Under the pieces are notes generated by a model. The model was not told the origin of the DNA, did no database searches, and saw only the letters and a list, made by a program, of their open reading frames with translations. A program made the translations under genes and the position numbers. 64,000 nt of DNA, taken from NCBI GenBank assembly GCA_963823665.1, contig CAWGMQ010000003.1, positions 352,001 to 416,000 on the forward strand. Direction: 5' to 3'. Each line of letters begins with the position of its first letter. The stretch's first letter is position 1. The DNA is from an uncultured Planctomycetota bacterium (lineage in GTDB: Bacteria; Planctomycetota; Planctomycetia; Isosphaerales; Isosphaeraceae). Positions 1-10,918 of this stretch are shown here, one piece after another.

Positions 1-1
1 G

Positions 2-244
2 CTCGAGACCCTCATCGTGGATGACGAGGCGGAGCGATCACAGGTTGCCGCGCTACGTGAACGGCGGGCGAGTGCTAGTAGGGGCGAGATCGAGCGCTCG
101 CTCTCCGCGGTTCGTCGCGCCGCGGCCGCCAAGGAGAACCTGGTCGGCCCGTTGCTCGATGCCGCGAGGGCCCGGGCGAGCGTCGGCCAGATCATGAACT
201 CGCTCGAGCAAGTTTTCGGCCGCTACCACGCTAAAATCGCCTAG
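2..244 (+). CDS. C-terminus of methylmalonyl-CoA mutase family substrate-binding subunit (partial, runs off the left edge)
   Basis: ENLVGPLLDAARARASVGQIMNSLEQVFGRY resembles the C-terminus of acyl-CoA mutase large subunits; followed by B12-binding and MeaB sequences. Confidence 0.85.
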   Translation, partial: LETLIVDDEAERSQVAALRERRASASRGEIERSLSAVRRAAAAKENLVGPLLDAARARASVGQIMNSLEQVFGRYHAKIA

Positions 245-300
245 GCCGGCACTTGATGCTGACTCTGCTGTCGAACACGGAACAGAGCGAGACAGGGCCG

Positions 301-705
301 ATGGCCAATGTTGCACCGCCAGCTCGTGTCGTCCTTGCAAAAGTCGGCCTCGACGGTCACGATCGCGGCGTCAAGATTGTGGCGAGGGGACTTCGCGATG
401 CGGGGTTCCATGTGATCTACGCAGGGTTGTGGCAGTCGCCCGCGGCCGTCGCACGCGCGGTGGCGGATGAGGACGCCGACTGGTTGGGCCTCAGCCTTTT
501 GAGTGGGGCACACATGACACTGGTGCCGCGCGTGCAAGACGCGCTGCGGCAGGCCGGAGTGGGCGACGCTGGCTTGCTGGTGGGTGGAATTATTCCCGAC
601 GAGGACGTGCCCAGACTGATTCAGCTTGGAGTGGCCCGTGTGTTCGGGCCGGGAACGCGGCTGGATGAGATCGGCGAGTTTCTGCGGCGCAGGGAACACG
701 CGCCC
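301..705 (+). CDS. Cobalamin-binding domain of acyl-CoA mutase (3' end uncertain, possibly fused to MeaB)
   Basis: AKVGLDGHDRG (DxHxxG), LSLLSGAH, LVGGIIP, VFGPGT motifs; homology ends near 700 without an in-frame stop. Confidence 0.9.
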
Positions 706-1456
706 GTGAACCCTTTCTGGAACACTTCCCTCAACATGATCGGAACGCGCTTAGCCGTCTGCTGTCGCTGGCGGCACGCGGGGAAAATATCGAGACGATT
801 GCTCAAACACTCGGGAACGCTCGATCGGCGGGCGGGCGGCCGCGGGTCATTGCCGTTACCGGCAGCGGCGGCGTGGGCAAGAGCACGCTGATCGGCAGGC
901 TCATCGAGGTGGCCCGGTCGGCGGGGCGGTCAGTCGCCGTGCTGGCGTGCGATCCGCAGAGCTCGCTAACCGGGGGGCTCTACTTGGCGATCGGATCCGG
1001 ATGCCGAGCCGGATCGACGACCAGGCGGTCTTCGTCCGAAGTCTGGCCACGCCGGCCGGTCATTCGGGTGTCGCACCTCATGTCGATCGCATGATCGGAC
1101 TCTTTGGCCGCTTCGGATTTGACACCGTGATTGTGGAGACCGTCGGGGCCGGACAGGGCGACACGGCCGTTCGCGAGGTCGCTGACGTGGTCGTCGTGCT
1201 AGTCCAGCCGGAGACCGGCGATGACCTCCAGTGGGAAAAGGCCGGCCAGCTCGAGATCGCCGACATCGTCGTGGTGCACAAGTGCGATCTGGCGGGAGCG
1301 GAGCAGATCGAGTCGCGGCTCCGAGAATTGCTGAACTTGCCCGGATGCCGGAATGTTCCGGTGGTGCGAGTCAGCTCGAGCAACGGGGTTGGGCTGCCGG
1401 AGCTGTGGGCGGCCGTCGAGGATTGCCCGGGGCCCAAAGCGCCGCAGGCGAACTGA
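706..1456 (+). CDS. meaB: Methylmalonyl-CoA mutase-associated GTPase MeaB (frameshifts near 705 and 975)
   Basis: Reconstructed over frames: DRNALSRLLS, TGSGGVGKST (P-loop), ACDPQS, GALLGDRIRM, VETVGAGQ, GDDLQWEKAG, HKCD. Confidence 0.9.
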
Positions 1457-1520
1457 CGGCGCGGCTTTTCGAGGGCGCGGCGCGGCTCCCGGTGGGGATG
1501 GGGCGCGACCTTCGCTCGCC

Positions 1521-1547
1521 CGGCTCGGCGGGGAGCCTCGCACTCCC
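1521..1547 (+). repeat. REP-like palindrome family 1 (GGCTCGGC(A/G)GGAGCCTCGC)
   Basis: Related copies at 25109-25133 (+), 43998-44017 (-) and 44630-44646 (-, inside the GT4 CDS). Confidence 0.75.
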
Positions 1548-1573
1548 GGCGCGCTCATCCGGGCTGCTGTGGC

Positions 1574-3007
1574 TCAGGCGTCGTCATCCGTGCGACATTC
1601 GAGCTTGCCGTCTTGCACCGCCTGCTTGAAGCTTTCGTAATCGCTTTCGACCTGGTCGGCATAGCCTGCGGCGAACGTTGCGATCGCTTGGTCGAAGGTG
1701 TCGGCCTTGCCGAGATAGCCGCTGATCAATGCGGGCTCGCCGGAGCGGCCGTGGGCGCGAGCGAGTGTCGCCCCGCACCAATCGCCGAAGATGACCATCT
1801 TGGCCGCCTTGAACTCCTCGATCGGGAACTTGAGCTTCATGTCGCGCAACTGGCGCACGTAGAAATGGCGGCCGCTCGAGTCGTGCGTCCAACCCAGAAA
1901 AATGTCACTCGCGGACTGCATGAGCCGGTGCCCTTTCACGACTCGCTGTCCATGGTTCGGATAGATGCTCGGGCCGGCATAGGGTTCGAGAACTGAGGCG
2001 CGCGCTTCCTTGACCTGGAGGAAGAGCGGATCTTTTTCGCCGGCCATCAAGAGCGCAACGCTGCAAACGGTGCCGACGCTGCCGACTCCCACCACCTTGA
2101 TGGCCTTGTCTTTCAGGGCATAGCGGTCGAGGAGGACGCGCCGGTGGTCGGGCAGCGACTCGCGGTAGCGGGAGAAGACCTCGCCGATCTGGGCGTAGAA
2201 TTCGTCCTCCCCGCGCTCGAGGTGGTGGTAAATGAACGGCGGGTTGTCCTTGATGGCCGGGGTTTCGCCGGAGGTGTCGGCGAGCTTCGGGAAGACGTCC
2301 TCGACGATGCAGACGTTTTTTGCCTTCTCGACGATCTTGCGCGTGTGCGCCCGGACACCATCATCCTCAATCTCCGCGATGAGCTTCTCAACCTCGAAGC
2401 GGGCGTACCACACGTCGAGAGCCCGCATTCTGCTGAACCGCGCCATGGCTTTTCGATAGGACCGGACGCAGGTGAGCACTGCTTCGCGAGCGAGCTTGTC
2501 GCCGAAGCCGTTGTCGCGGCATGCCAGGACAAAGCTGGCGGCCAGACGTTTGACGTCCCATTCCCAGGGCGCCGGGAGAGTTTCATCCAGGTCGTGAATG
2601 TCGAAGATGAGTCGCCGCTCGGGTGTGGCGAAGCAACGGAAGTTGCCGAGGTGGGCGTCGCCGCAGGCCTGGACGCGAAAGCCCGTCGTGGGCGTGGCTG
2701 CGAGGTCGACTACCATGTTGAGCGCGGTGCCGCGATAATATGTGAACGGCGAGGCCAGCATGCGGCCGTGGCGCAGGGGAATCAACTCAGCGATTCGCCC
2801 GGCATTGCCTTGCTCGACGAGCGCGACGGGGTCCGGCCGGTCCAGCGGCGGGCTCCAATCGGCGTGCGAGCTGCGCGGGCATTGCTTGCGCATGGTCTCG
2901 CCCTGCGCGATCAGCTCGGCCCGTGAAGGTCGCGGGGCGAACGTGCGAAAACCGTCAATCGACGGTGAGTGAACCTGGCCGTCGGGCGTGTCGAGAAGCT
3001 GGTTCAT
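1574..3007 (-). CDS. DUF2252 family protein (kinase-like fold)
   Basis: 477-aa ORF with RMLASPFTYYRG, CGDAHLGNF, FDIHDLDE, PWEWDVKRL, KVVGVGSVG, YVRQLRDMK. Confidence 0.9.
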   Translation of the reverse strand: MNQLLDTPDGQVHSPSIDGFRTFAPRPSRAELIAQGETMRKQCPRSSHADWSPPLDRPDPVALVEQGNAGRIAELIPLRHGRMLASPFTYYRGTALNMVVDLAATPTTGFRVQACGDAHLGNFRCFATPERRLIFDIHDLDETLPAPWEWDVKRLAASFVLACRDNGFGDKLAREAVLTCVRSYRKAMARFSRMRALDVWYARFEVEKLIAEIEDDGVRAHTRKIVEKAKNVCIVEDVFPKLADTSGETPAIKDNPPFIYHHLERGEDEFYAQIGEVFSRYRESLPDHRRVLLDRYALKDKAIKVVGVGSVGTVCSVALLMAGEKDPLFLQVKEARASVLEPYAGPSIYPNHGQRVVKGHRLMQSASDIFLGWTHDSSGRHFYVRQLRDMKLKFPIEEFKAAKMVIFGDWCGATLARAHGRSGEPALISGYLGKADTFDQAIATFAAGYADQVESDYESFKQAVQDGKLECRTDDDA

Positions 3008-3127
3008 GGGAGAACGATTCCGCTACCTGTCGTGAGGGGCTTTCGACGCATTTTAATCGAGCAATGGTGGCGGAAGCGAGAACGTGCCGTTCTTCCGGCT
3101 CCTCGTTGCCGGGCGAGGGGTGAGCGT

Positions 3128-3951
3128 TCATGACGTGTGGAAAATGTCGCTGACTTCCAGAGAGCTGGCGGCCTCGTCCGCGAAAGCGAAGGTGCCGTTG
3201 TCGCGCATTTCGCGTGCGGCGCGAAGAAAGGCACCAGCGCAGCCCGACAGAGCGAGCTGCCGACGCTGACGCGTTTTACACCGAGGGATGACAGCTCGGC
3301 GAGGCTGAGTCGAACGCCGTGCAGCCCCATCAGGACGTTCACGGGCCGATCCACTGAACGGACCACGGCGGCGATTTCGTCCTTGCTGCCGAGGCAAGGG
3401 GCGTAGAGGACGTGGGCGCCCGCCTCCTGATAAGCTTGCAGCCGGGAGATGGTGTCTTTCAGATCAGGCCGGCCGTGCAAGTAGTTTTCGGCGCGGCCGG
3501 TCAGGGTGAAGGCGAAGGGGAGTGAGCGAGCCGCCTCGGCTGCGGCGCGGATTCTGTCGGCCGCGTGCTGCTTGTCGTAGATCGGATCATCTGGGCGGTT
3601 GGTTGCGTCTTCGATCGAGCAGCCAACGACGCCAGCCTCCGCGGCGAGGCGGATGGTTTCCGCGACGAACGCTGGGGCGTCACCATAGCCGTTTTCGAGA
3701 TCGGCGCTCACGGGCAGCTCGGTGGATTTTGCAATAGCCGCCACGTGTTCCAGCATCCGCTCGCGGCCGATCGTGGTATCCCGCTGGCCAACAGAGAAGG
3801 CGTAGCCCATGCTGGTGGTGGCGAGGGCTTCGAAACCCAAGTGTTCCAGGATCCGCGCGGTGCCGATATCCCAGGGATTGGGGATGATGAACGCTTTGTC
3901 GCGCTCGTGGAGTTTTTGAAAGGCGTGCGCCTTTTGTGCCTGGGTTGACAT
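3128..3951 (-). CDS. Isocitrate lyase/PEP mutase family protein (frameshift near 3240)
   Basis: PNPWDIGTARIL, ALATTSMG, VSADLENGYG, GCSIED, RAENY, LGVKRVSVGS; C-terminus continues in the 3128..3397 frame. Confidence 0.88.
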
Positions 3952-4061
3952 GGTCTTTCGCCTCCATCTGCTGTGGCAATTCTGGTGGACGCAGCGCGAG
4001 CGCGCTGACGGTCTTGGCTCATCGCGGGTGCGAGCCGGGACGGCGGTGCAGCGTATCCATT

Positions 4062-4898
4062 TCACTCACGCGGAGCCTGAAATTTCCAGCCCTCGGGTTT
4101 CCGGGGTTCGAACGAACTGTCGGCGAACACCGGGTCGATTGAGACTGCGAGGAAGGTGTAACGCAGGATCTCCCTGCCGCCGCTGCCTGTGTGGTATTCG
4201 AGTGAAACCGGCAAGAATCGCTCGCTGTGAAGCGTGATGAGCACCGAGCTGTACGACAACTTCAGCAGTGGCTCAAGCGGCGTTGCGCGAATGATGAGCC
4301 GTCTCGGGTCGGTGCTTTCGAGCAGCTCGAAACGGAACCGCTTTCTTTGAGTGACGTCGCTGAAGCCGATCAAGAACTGCAAGGGATCGATTTCTTTCGG
4401 GTCGCGCAGCGCGGGGAAGATCAAGTCGAAGCGGCTTCCGAGCAAGAAGCGTGGCAGCGGCATTGTCTTCATCCAGTCGCGAAATTCGGCGTAGCCTTGC
4501 ACCTCGCTCGGCTGCATGACCTCGATCTCTTTCTTGTATGTGTGATAAAACCAAACTTCCTTTCCGGTCCACAAGAATCGGTAGACTGGATCCGTCTTGT
4601 TCTTCCGCCTGACCTCGACCACGTCGAGCACGGCCTGGCCGTTTTTTTTCCACTTCAACGTGTAACGGTATTCCACTGTCCCGAAGCCGAGGCCTCTGCC
4701 TGTGCGGGCGAACTGGGTGGAGATCGAGTTGATTTGCGAGGAACTTCGAGACCAGGCGGCGAGGACTTCGCTCAGGTCGTCTCTTGCGGGTGGTTGCTGT
4801 TTCGGTGATTGTGCACACGCGGCGGTGGTGGCAGCGAGTGCGAGCGCCAGCGAGACGGCCAGCGCGCAAAGAAACCTGAGATGGCGCATCGCTTTCAT
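4062..4898 (-). CDS. Secreted hypothetical protein, possibly LolA-like fold
   Basis: Signal peptide; beta-rich sequence ending in FEPRKPEGWK. Confidence 0.6.
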   Translation of the reverse strand: MKAMRHLRFLCALAVSLALALAATTAACAQSPKQQPPARDDLSEVLAAWSRSSSQINSISTQFARTGRGLGFGTVEYRYTLKWKKNGQAVLDVVEVRRKNKTDPVYRFLWTGKEVWFYHTYKKEIEVMQPSEVQGYAEFRDWMKTMPLPRFLLGSRFDLIFPALRDPKEIDPLQFLIGFSDVTQRKRFRFELLESTDPRRLIIRATPLEPLLKLSYSSVLITLHSERFLPVSLEYHTGSGGREILRYTFLAVSIDPVFADSSFEPRKPEGWKFQAPRE

Positions 4899-5113
4899 CC
4901 CTCCGTTCCAGCTTGGTGAGGTCGACCTGGTCGAGCGCGAGTCTCAGGGCACGGGGAGGCAGGAACGCCACGTGCCGGCTGCGATGCGAGGGCGCGCGCG
5001 TCACTTTACCAAACCCGGGGAGAAAGCCAATGCGAAAAGACGCACGCGCGGATGATCGCAACGGCGTGCGACGTCGGAGGTTCCCCTTCCGAACCACGGT
5101 CTCACGAACGTGA

Positions 5114-6797
5114 TCACGCTGCCTTGTTGCGCTGCGATTCCTTCGGCTCGAGGAGGCCTGAAAGCCAGTGGAGAATGTTAAGCGCGAGCTGCTTGTTGTC
5201 GATGTCACCGGCGTTCATGCCCATCTTGAACGTGCCGTCGCCGGCGACCTGGGCCGAGAGCATCGCGGCTTCCCCGAGAACAACGACCCTTCCCTTGCCA
5301 TATGCAAATGCCAGCCCTTGCGCCCTTCCGGCGGCCGAGACTTCGTTGCCGTCGATGTGATCGACGGCCGTATCGGCGAGCTTCATGATGGGGAGGCTTC
5401 CCGGCGGCCCCTTGAGCGACTGGCCGGTGAACGTGCGGACGCGGCTGATCCGTTCGGAGTCATTACGACCCCGCGTGATCGGGTGGTCGGCCAGGAGCTT
5501 GTTTGCCTGGGTAAACATCAGGGAGGCCGGGCGATCCTCGGCACAGTTCGCCTCGTCGGTAGTCGCCCCCTTGCTCATGCCGACATCGAACTTCCTGGCG
5601 AGACACTCGGCGGCCGAGCCCATCGGGGCGTGATCCGTGATCAAGAGCAGCGATCCGCCGCCTTCGACCCACTGGCGCACAACTTCGCATTCGATGTCGG
5701 TGAACGCTGGATTCGCCGCGTCGGGGTCACCCATACTCGCGGCACCGAGCGCATTGGCGATCACGAGGATTTCGCACGGCTCAAGCGAATTCTTGGTGAA
5801 CTGCGCAGCCGTTCGGAACAACCTTACAGCCGTCATTCGCGGCGAGCTCTGCGAACGGCTTGTAGCGGCCGCCCGCGGTGTGAAAATTGTGATGGGCTTC
5901 GTCGATCCAGACCCGAGGGTGGCTCTCGGTGTAGGCCGGCTTTGCGACCTTCACGTCGAAATTGGGATCGGCCCGCTGGCCCCCGACGACACCCAGGGCG
6001 ACGCCCACGCGCCGCGTCAACATTTCCACGTCATCATTGGCGCCAGGCGTGGGAATCTCGAACGGTGTGCCGAGCATCTTCTGATACGCGGCGTTCTGTC
6101 GCTCGCTCAAGACGGCCGCGACCCGAGCCATCATGGCAGCCCGCGCGGCGAGAATACGCTGGCGGCCCGCTCGAGCGGTTTCGGTGAACTGCGGTGTCTG
6201 CACGTAAGCGCGAACCTCGTCGAGCGTGACGGGGCCGCTATCCGCCTTCGGTTTCAGCGCGACGGGCACCTCGGAGGCCTTGAAGATCTGCTGCCTTCCC
6301 TCATCCGCGATTTTCTTGATGCGTTCGGCTTGGTCCCGGGAGAGCTCGAGCGTTTTTTGAACGTCCGGCCGCTCGAAGGCCATCGCGTTCTGCACCTGAA
6401 GCTGAACCTGATTCAGGCGATCGTGCTGGTCCGGGGTCAGGCTTTGCTCGAGTGCCGCCTGGGCCTCGTTCCATATCGCGTCGCGAGCCTCGGCGGCTTC
6501 CTTGGACTGTAGGCTCTTCTTGCTCGTTCGCAAATCCTGCATCTTCTTCTGGAGCTTTTCGATCGTTTTCTGACGGAGTGCATCGTGCTGTTGCTTCTGG
6601 GAGTCTGTGATCTTGAGCTCGGCCTGAACTTCGGGAAGGCTGACAAGGGTGTTTTTCTCGAGCAGATTGGGGAGCTGGCCGAGACCGGCAAATACCTGAG
6701 CGGTCACCGGCGGTGTGTCTGGCGGCTGCTGGGCGAGGGCAGCCGTGAAAAAGAATGCGGCGGTGGTGAGAGCGATCAGCAGGTGCTTTCGCGACAT
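5114..6797 (-). CDS. Secreted protein with a helical LTxxQ-type region and a C-terminal DUF4350/GATase-like domain (frameshift near 5810)
   Basis: MSRKHLLIALTTAAFFFTAALAQ signal peptide; EVQAELKITDSQ and LTPDQHDRLNQVQLQ; VWIDEAHHNFHT, WVEGGGSLLLITDH, GKGRVVVLGEAAM, DNKQLALNILHWL. Confidence 0.75.
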
Positions 6798-6900
6798 CGA
6801 ACCGACTCCGGCTGGAGACACGCACGTCAGACACTGGTAGACCCAGTGCCACACAGGGTCGTTCCCTCTTTTACCAATGTACGAGACGCGGTACAACCGA

Positions 6901-7559
6901 TCAGCGTGCTGCGACGTCGGGATGGGATGCGGCAAGGTTGGCCGACGGCTTGCCGAAGCCCTGCAACAGGTCTTGCACCTGTCGCCGGGCGAGATCGCTG
7001 CCCAGGGGCGCTCGCGGTAAAGGTAGTCGAGCGTGGAAACGATGATCAAGCCGCGGCAGGCCGTGCAGCAGGGGTCGACGCGATCACGCGCGATGAGGCC
7101 CGCTTCGGCCAGCCGCCGCACGGCCGACTCCGTCCACGAAAGTAAACTGTCGCGAAATGACTCGAGCTCGCTCGCGATATTCGAGCCGGGTGGACCGAAT
7201 AAAACAGAGTAAATGAACCGGCCGCGATCCGGGTCCTCGCGAAACGTGACGTAGCGAGCCTCGATCACTTGCTCGAGGCAAGCGATGGGATCCTTGACCG
7301 TCTTGACGATGTGCCGTAGCGTACCGACCAGGTTTGAAAGCGGCACCATCAAGAGCGCCGAGGCCAGGCCTTCCTTGCTATGAAAGTGATAGTAGAGCGT
7401 GGGTTTGGCAACTCCGGCCGCCTCGACAATCTCGCGCACCGACGTCGCTTCGTAGCCCCGATCGGCGAAGAGCCGGGCAGCCACCCGCGCAACGTGGCGG
7501 GCCGACGCGGCCATCTCGACGCTGGCCGGAGCCACCTTTGTATTGACTGTCGTGCGCAT
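6901..7559 (-). CDS. TetR/AcrR family transcriptional regulator (one base apparently missing near 7005)
   Basis: AARLFADRGYEATSVREIVEAAGVAKPTLYYHFHSKEGL HTH; restoring one C gives LGSDLARRQVQDLLQGF and a stop at 6901-6903. Confidence 0.9.
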
Positions 7560-7593
7560 GTCTTGATCCTAACGAATATGAAATCGACAATGC

Positions 7594-7609
7594 TACCGAC
7601 CGGTAGGTA
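7594..7609. promoter_or_regulatory. Putative TetR operator TACCGACCGGTAGGTA
   Basis: Imperfect palindrome in the divergent region upstream of tetR, abutting a minus-strand TTGACT-N18-CACAAT promoter-like pair (7609-7638). Confidence 0.6.
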
Positions 7610-7669
7610 TTGTGCAACAACTCGCGGTGTGAAGTCAACAGATGGAACGAGGACTTGCGGCAGGTGACC

Positions 7670-8221
7670 ATGACGCGATCGGCGACCCAGTTCACTATTC
7701 GAGGCCTGCAAATTGTCGTGCTTGGTGCGGCGGGCGTGTTCACGCTCTGGCTTTACACCGACCCGCTGCGCTACTCGCGCGAACTTGTGGCGGTGCTGTT
7801 CTGCCCGCTCATGTGCGCCGTCATGCTCCTGATTGTTTTCGGACCGCGGGGTGGCCGGCTGTTCGGATTGGGATTCGTTCTGGGATTCGTGCTCGAAAAC
7901 GCGGTGATGACGTACTTCACAAGTCACGGTCTCGTGAGGTTCTCGACCACGAACCTCGAGCCGCTGGGCTGGTACCCGCTCGAGATACCGATTGAACGGT
8001 TCATTCTGCGGAATGGTTTGGCGCGCGCCGGAGCGGCATCGGTCCTGGCGACGTTTGCGGCGATGGTTGTATCGGGAATTCTGTGCGGGGCACTTGTGCT
8101 CACGATTGGCGAGAAACTGGCGAATGTGCTCGGGGCGAGGCGACGGGACCAGTTGGCCGCGGGTGAGAGCGATCAGAACCAGGGGAGTCGGGCAAGCGTG
8201 ACGACGAGCAAAATTATGTAG
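7670..8221 (+). CDS. Hypothetical membrane protein
   Basis: N-terminal QFTIRGLQIVV motif and about 4 hydrophobic segments. Confidence 0.65.
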   Translation: MTRSATQFTIRGLQIVVLGAAGVFTLWLYTDPLRYSRELVAVLFCPLMCAVMLLIVFGPRGGRLFGLGFVLGFVLENAVMTYFTSHGLVRFSTTNLEPLGWYPLEIPIERFILRNGLARAGAASVLATFAAMVVSGILCGALVLTIGEKLANVLGARRRDQLAAGESDQNQGSRASVTTSKIM

Positions 8222-8544
8222 AGTAGCGGGAACAGCACAATCACCGGCGCGAAGATGAGAAGGCGGTGGAATCGCTTGCCTGCGCTCGGCGGTTTGAGAA
8301 TGCCTCGGACGATGACGAATGCCAGCGCGATGTAATAAACGATGGTCGCCTCAGCCAGTAGCATAAACCCAGTCACGAAGAGGTCGCCAAATCGGGGGGT
8401 TATCAAGTTCACCATTAGCTGGATGGTCGGGATCCAGAGCGAGAAGAGCAATGCGAACACGGCGACCGCGACCATCATTCCGCTGAGCGAGAAGCGGAAA
8501 CGACGGCTTGGCGAGTCGGGGGTCGAATGGATAGGCTCAGACAT
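8173..8544 (-). CDS. Small hypothetical membrane protein
   Basis: RFRFSLSGMMVAVAVFALL motif and 3 hydrophobic segments. Confidence 0.65.
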   Translation of the reverse strand: MSEPIHSTPDSPSRRFRFSLSGMMVAVAVFALLFSLWIPTIQLMVNLITPRFGDLFVTGFMLLAEATIVYYIALAFVIVRGILKPPSAGKRFHRLLIFAPVIVLFPLLYIILLVVTLARLPWF

Positions 8545-8619
8545 CGTTACCATCATCTTGATCGTCGGGCTGTCGAACTTCAGCCCAAATCGAGACCAAA
8601 TTCGAGAGGGTACACGGCG

Positions 8620-9075
8620 ATGAATTACATGCGAGCGGTCACGCCCGAGATTGTCATTGCAGACCAGCCGACCGAAGCCGATCTTGTCGAGCTCAAGAAG
8701 CAAGGGTTCAGCGGGATCGTCAACCTGCGGAATGACGGTGAGCCCGACCAGCCGATGAATTCATCACAGGAGGGGGAAAAGGCTCGTGCGCTGGGGTTCG
8801 ATTATCTCCACTATGGCGTGGGGAGTGCGCCCCTCTCCGAGCAGGGCGTAGCCGCGGTTTGCGACTTCATTGAACAACATGTCCAGGGCGCGAGCAAGGT
8901 GCTCGTGCATTGCCGGAGAGGACCGCGGGCCGCGGCGCTGGTCGTGCTCCAGCAAGCGCGGGCGAACAACTGGAATGCGTCGGACGTGATCTCGAAGGGC
9001 AAGGCGATGGGGCTTGAGGTCGAAGGGGGCCTCAAGACGCTGGTTGAGAGTTATTTGAAACAGGGCGCCGGTTGA
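8620..9075 (+). CDS. DUF442 / PTP-like phosphatase-fold protein (sulfide dehydrogenase-like)
   Basis: ADQPTEADL, IVNLRNDGE, VLVHCRRGPRA (CX5R). Confidence 0.85.
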   Translation: MNYMRAVTPEIVIADQPTEADLVELKKQGFSGIVNLRNDGEPDQPMNSSQEGEKARALGFDYLHYGVGSAPLSEQGVAAVCDFIEQHVQGASKVLVHCRRGPRAAALVVLQQARANNWNASDVISKGKAMGLEVEGGLKTLVESYLKQGAG

Positions 9076-9162
9076 TTCCGAATGGGCGGACGGCGGCGGG
9101 TCTGCTGGGCTGCTCAAAGCAGGTGGAATGAACCGGGTGCTTTTGGAGTCGTCCGCACTCGA

Positions 9163-9194
9163 TCCCCCCTAACCCCCCTTCTCAAGGGGGGGAA
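9163..9194. repeat. REP-like hairpin family 4 (CCCCCCT..CCCCCCTT....AGGGGGG) between convergent genes
   Basis: Second copy at 39685-39718, also between convergent genes. Confidence 0.7.
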
Positions 9195-9265
9195 ACAGAG
9201 CGCGCCTCCTTCCTTCCTCACGGGGGAATCAGAGCGTGAGTCGCCGCCATGGCGGGATGGGCTGG

Positions 9266-10918
9266 TTATTCGCGAACTGGTTTTTTGCTTTTGTAGAAGG
9301 CGAGGCGATCTTCGAAGCCGACGCCGGCGCCTCGGCCGCCTCCCATGCTGATCGCCTTCCGCTGGAGGGCTGATGGATAGCGCTGGCGAACGAGCTTGAT
9401 CGCCAGGTTCTGCCAGTCGACGGCGGACTGGAAGTCACCGGCTTCGGCGCAGGCGGCGGCCAAGGTGTCGATGGCGTCCGGGTCAATCCAGTGCGCCAGC
9501 TCGCAGGCCCGAGTGGCTTCATCGAGGGCCCACTTGCCATTGCGGGATTGTGGGAGCAGAGCGGTGGCAAGTATCCGGGCGAGCATCTGGTGGGCGACGG
9601 CTTCGTCGGGACTGATGCGGATCAGATCAGAAAAACCCTGAATGGCGAGGTCGAACCGGCCGATTTGCTTCCAGGTGTTTCCCCGTGCGACGTAAGCGGG
9701 TGCGTATTTCGCGTCGAGGCGAATCGCCTGGTTGAAGTCGGCGATCGCGGCGTCGATTTTAAGATCCTTGCGCCATTCGTTGCCGCGCGAGACCCAGATT
9801 GCCGGATTGTTCGCGTCGAGGCGGAGCGCCTCGGCGTAGTCGGCCATCGCGGCCTCGTGCATGCCGCGGGCGGACCAGCACTCGGCCCGCGCTACTCGAT
9901 GCATCGAGTTGGCGGGCTCGAGCTTGATGGCCGCATCGTAGTCGGCAAGCTCGCGCTCGCGATAGTATTTCAGCCTCCAAGCCTTCGCGCGGCTGGTGTA
10001 TGCGGGAGCATAGCGCGGGTCGAGCTTGAGGGCGGCGTTGTAGTCATCGATGGCCTTGTCATACTCCTGCTTGGCACACCATTCGTCGCCGCTCGAGATC
10101 AATTCCGGCGCGGTGCGAAGCTCTGGACGGGCGCCGGCCTTATTCTGGGGCACGCCCCGATCACCGTCGCTCTGACCCGCAACCGGCTGTCGGCCCGATG
10201 GCGAAGCAGACGCACTGCCGCGCGGGAACGGATTGACCGGATCGAGGCGGAACGCCTGCTCGAGAGCAGCCATCGCGGAGGCGTAGTCTCGCTTCGCGAG
10301 CTCGGCCTGCTCGCGCACGAATCGGGCCTGCGCGTGATTGGGCTCGAGACGGAGCAGCGTTTCGCAGTCGTCGACCGCCCGCCTCACGTTCTTCATGCGC
10401 AGGTGTACCAGGCTACGGCTCAAGTAACAGGCCGGCTGGCTGCTGGGGAGCCGGATGGCATAATTGAGATTCACCAGCGCGCTTTTCGCATCATTCAAGT
10501 AGAACCACAGACGCCCGAGCATCCAGAACGAATCGGCGTCCCGCAGGTCGTTCACGAGCACCCGGCCGAAATGTTCGATTGCCTGCTCGAGGGAGACAAC
10601 CTCGTCCTCGTGCGCCCAGCCGCGAGTCTTACCGTCCCGAGATACCAGCAACACTCGACCTCCTTCCGATCGCTCCACCGTGAATGTCAGCTTGTCGCCG
10701 TCGTCGACCACGCGCCCCGCATCAAAGATCGGCAGCCCGGGCAGCTTGAGGACAACCTCGGAACCCGTTGCAAACCGCGGACGGGAAGCGCCGGAGGCCG
10801 AGACCGGTGGGTCGTCACCGGCGTGCAAAACGGCTGAGGGAGCCAGCCCGAAAAGGATAACGATCGCCAGTGCACGGATTCGCCCATCGGCGGGCCGGTC
10901 TAAAATCCACTTTCTCAT
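9266..10918 (-). CDS. Tetratricopeptide repeat protein with signal peptide
   Basis: Repeated YDKAIDDYNAALKLDP-type TPRs; C-terminal ATRACELAHW-DTLAAACAEAGDF; paralogue of 23243-24864. Confidence 0.88.
   Translation of the reverse strand: MRKWILDRPADGRIRALAIVILFGLAPSAVLHAGDDPPVSASGASRPRFATGSEVVLKLPGLPIFDAGRVVDDGDKLTFTVERSEGGRVLLVSRDGKTRGWAHEDEVVSLEQAIEHFGRVLVNDLRDADSFWMLGRLWFYLNDAKSALVNLNYAIRLPSSQPACYLSRSLVHLRMKNVRRAVDDCETLLRLEPNHAQARFVREQAELAKRDYASAMAALEQAFRLDPVNPFPRGSASASPSGRQPVAGQSDGDRGVPQNKAGARPELRTAPELISSGDEWCAKQEYDKAIDDYNAALKLDPRYAPAYTSRAKAWRLKYYRERELADYDAAIKLEPANSMHRVARAECWSARGMHEAAMADYAEALRLDANNPAIWVSRGNEWRKDLKIDAAIADFNQAIRLDAKYAPAYVARGNTWKQIGRFDLAIQGFSDLIRISPDEAVAHQMLARILATALLPQSRNGKWALDEATRACELAHWIDPDAIDTLAAACAEAGDFQSAVDWQNLAIKLVRQRYPSALQRKAISMGGGRGAGVGFEDRLAFYKSKKPVRE

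Noticed and set aside
5781..7559. 592-aa TetR fusion shown in the ORF track
   Set aside because: Artefact of one missing base near 7005; restoring it ends TetR at 6901 and the next gene starts at 6797 with a signal peptide
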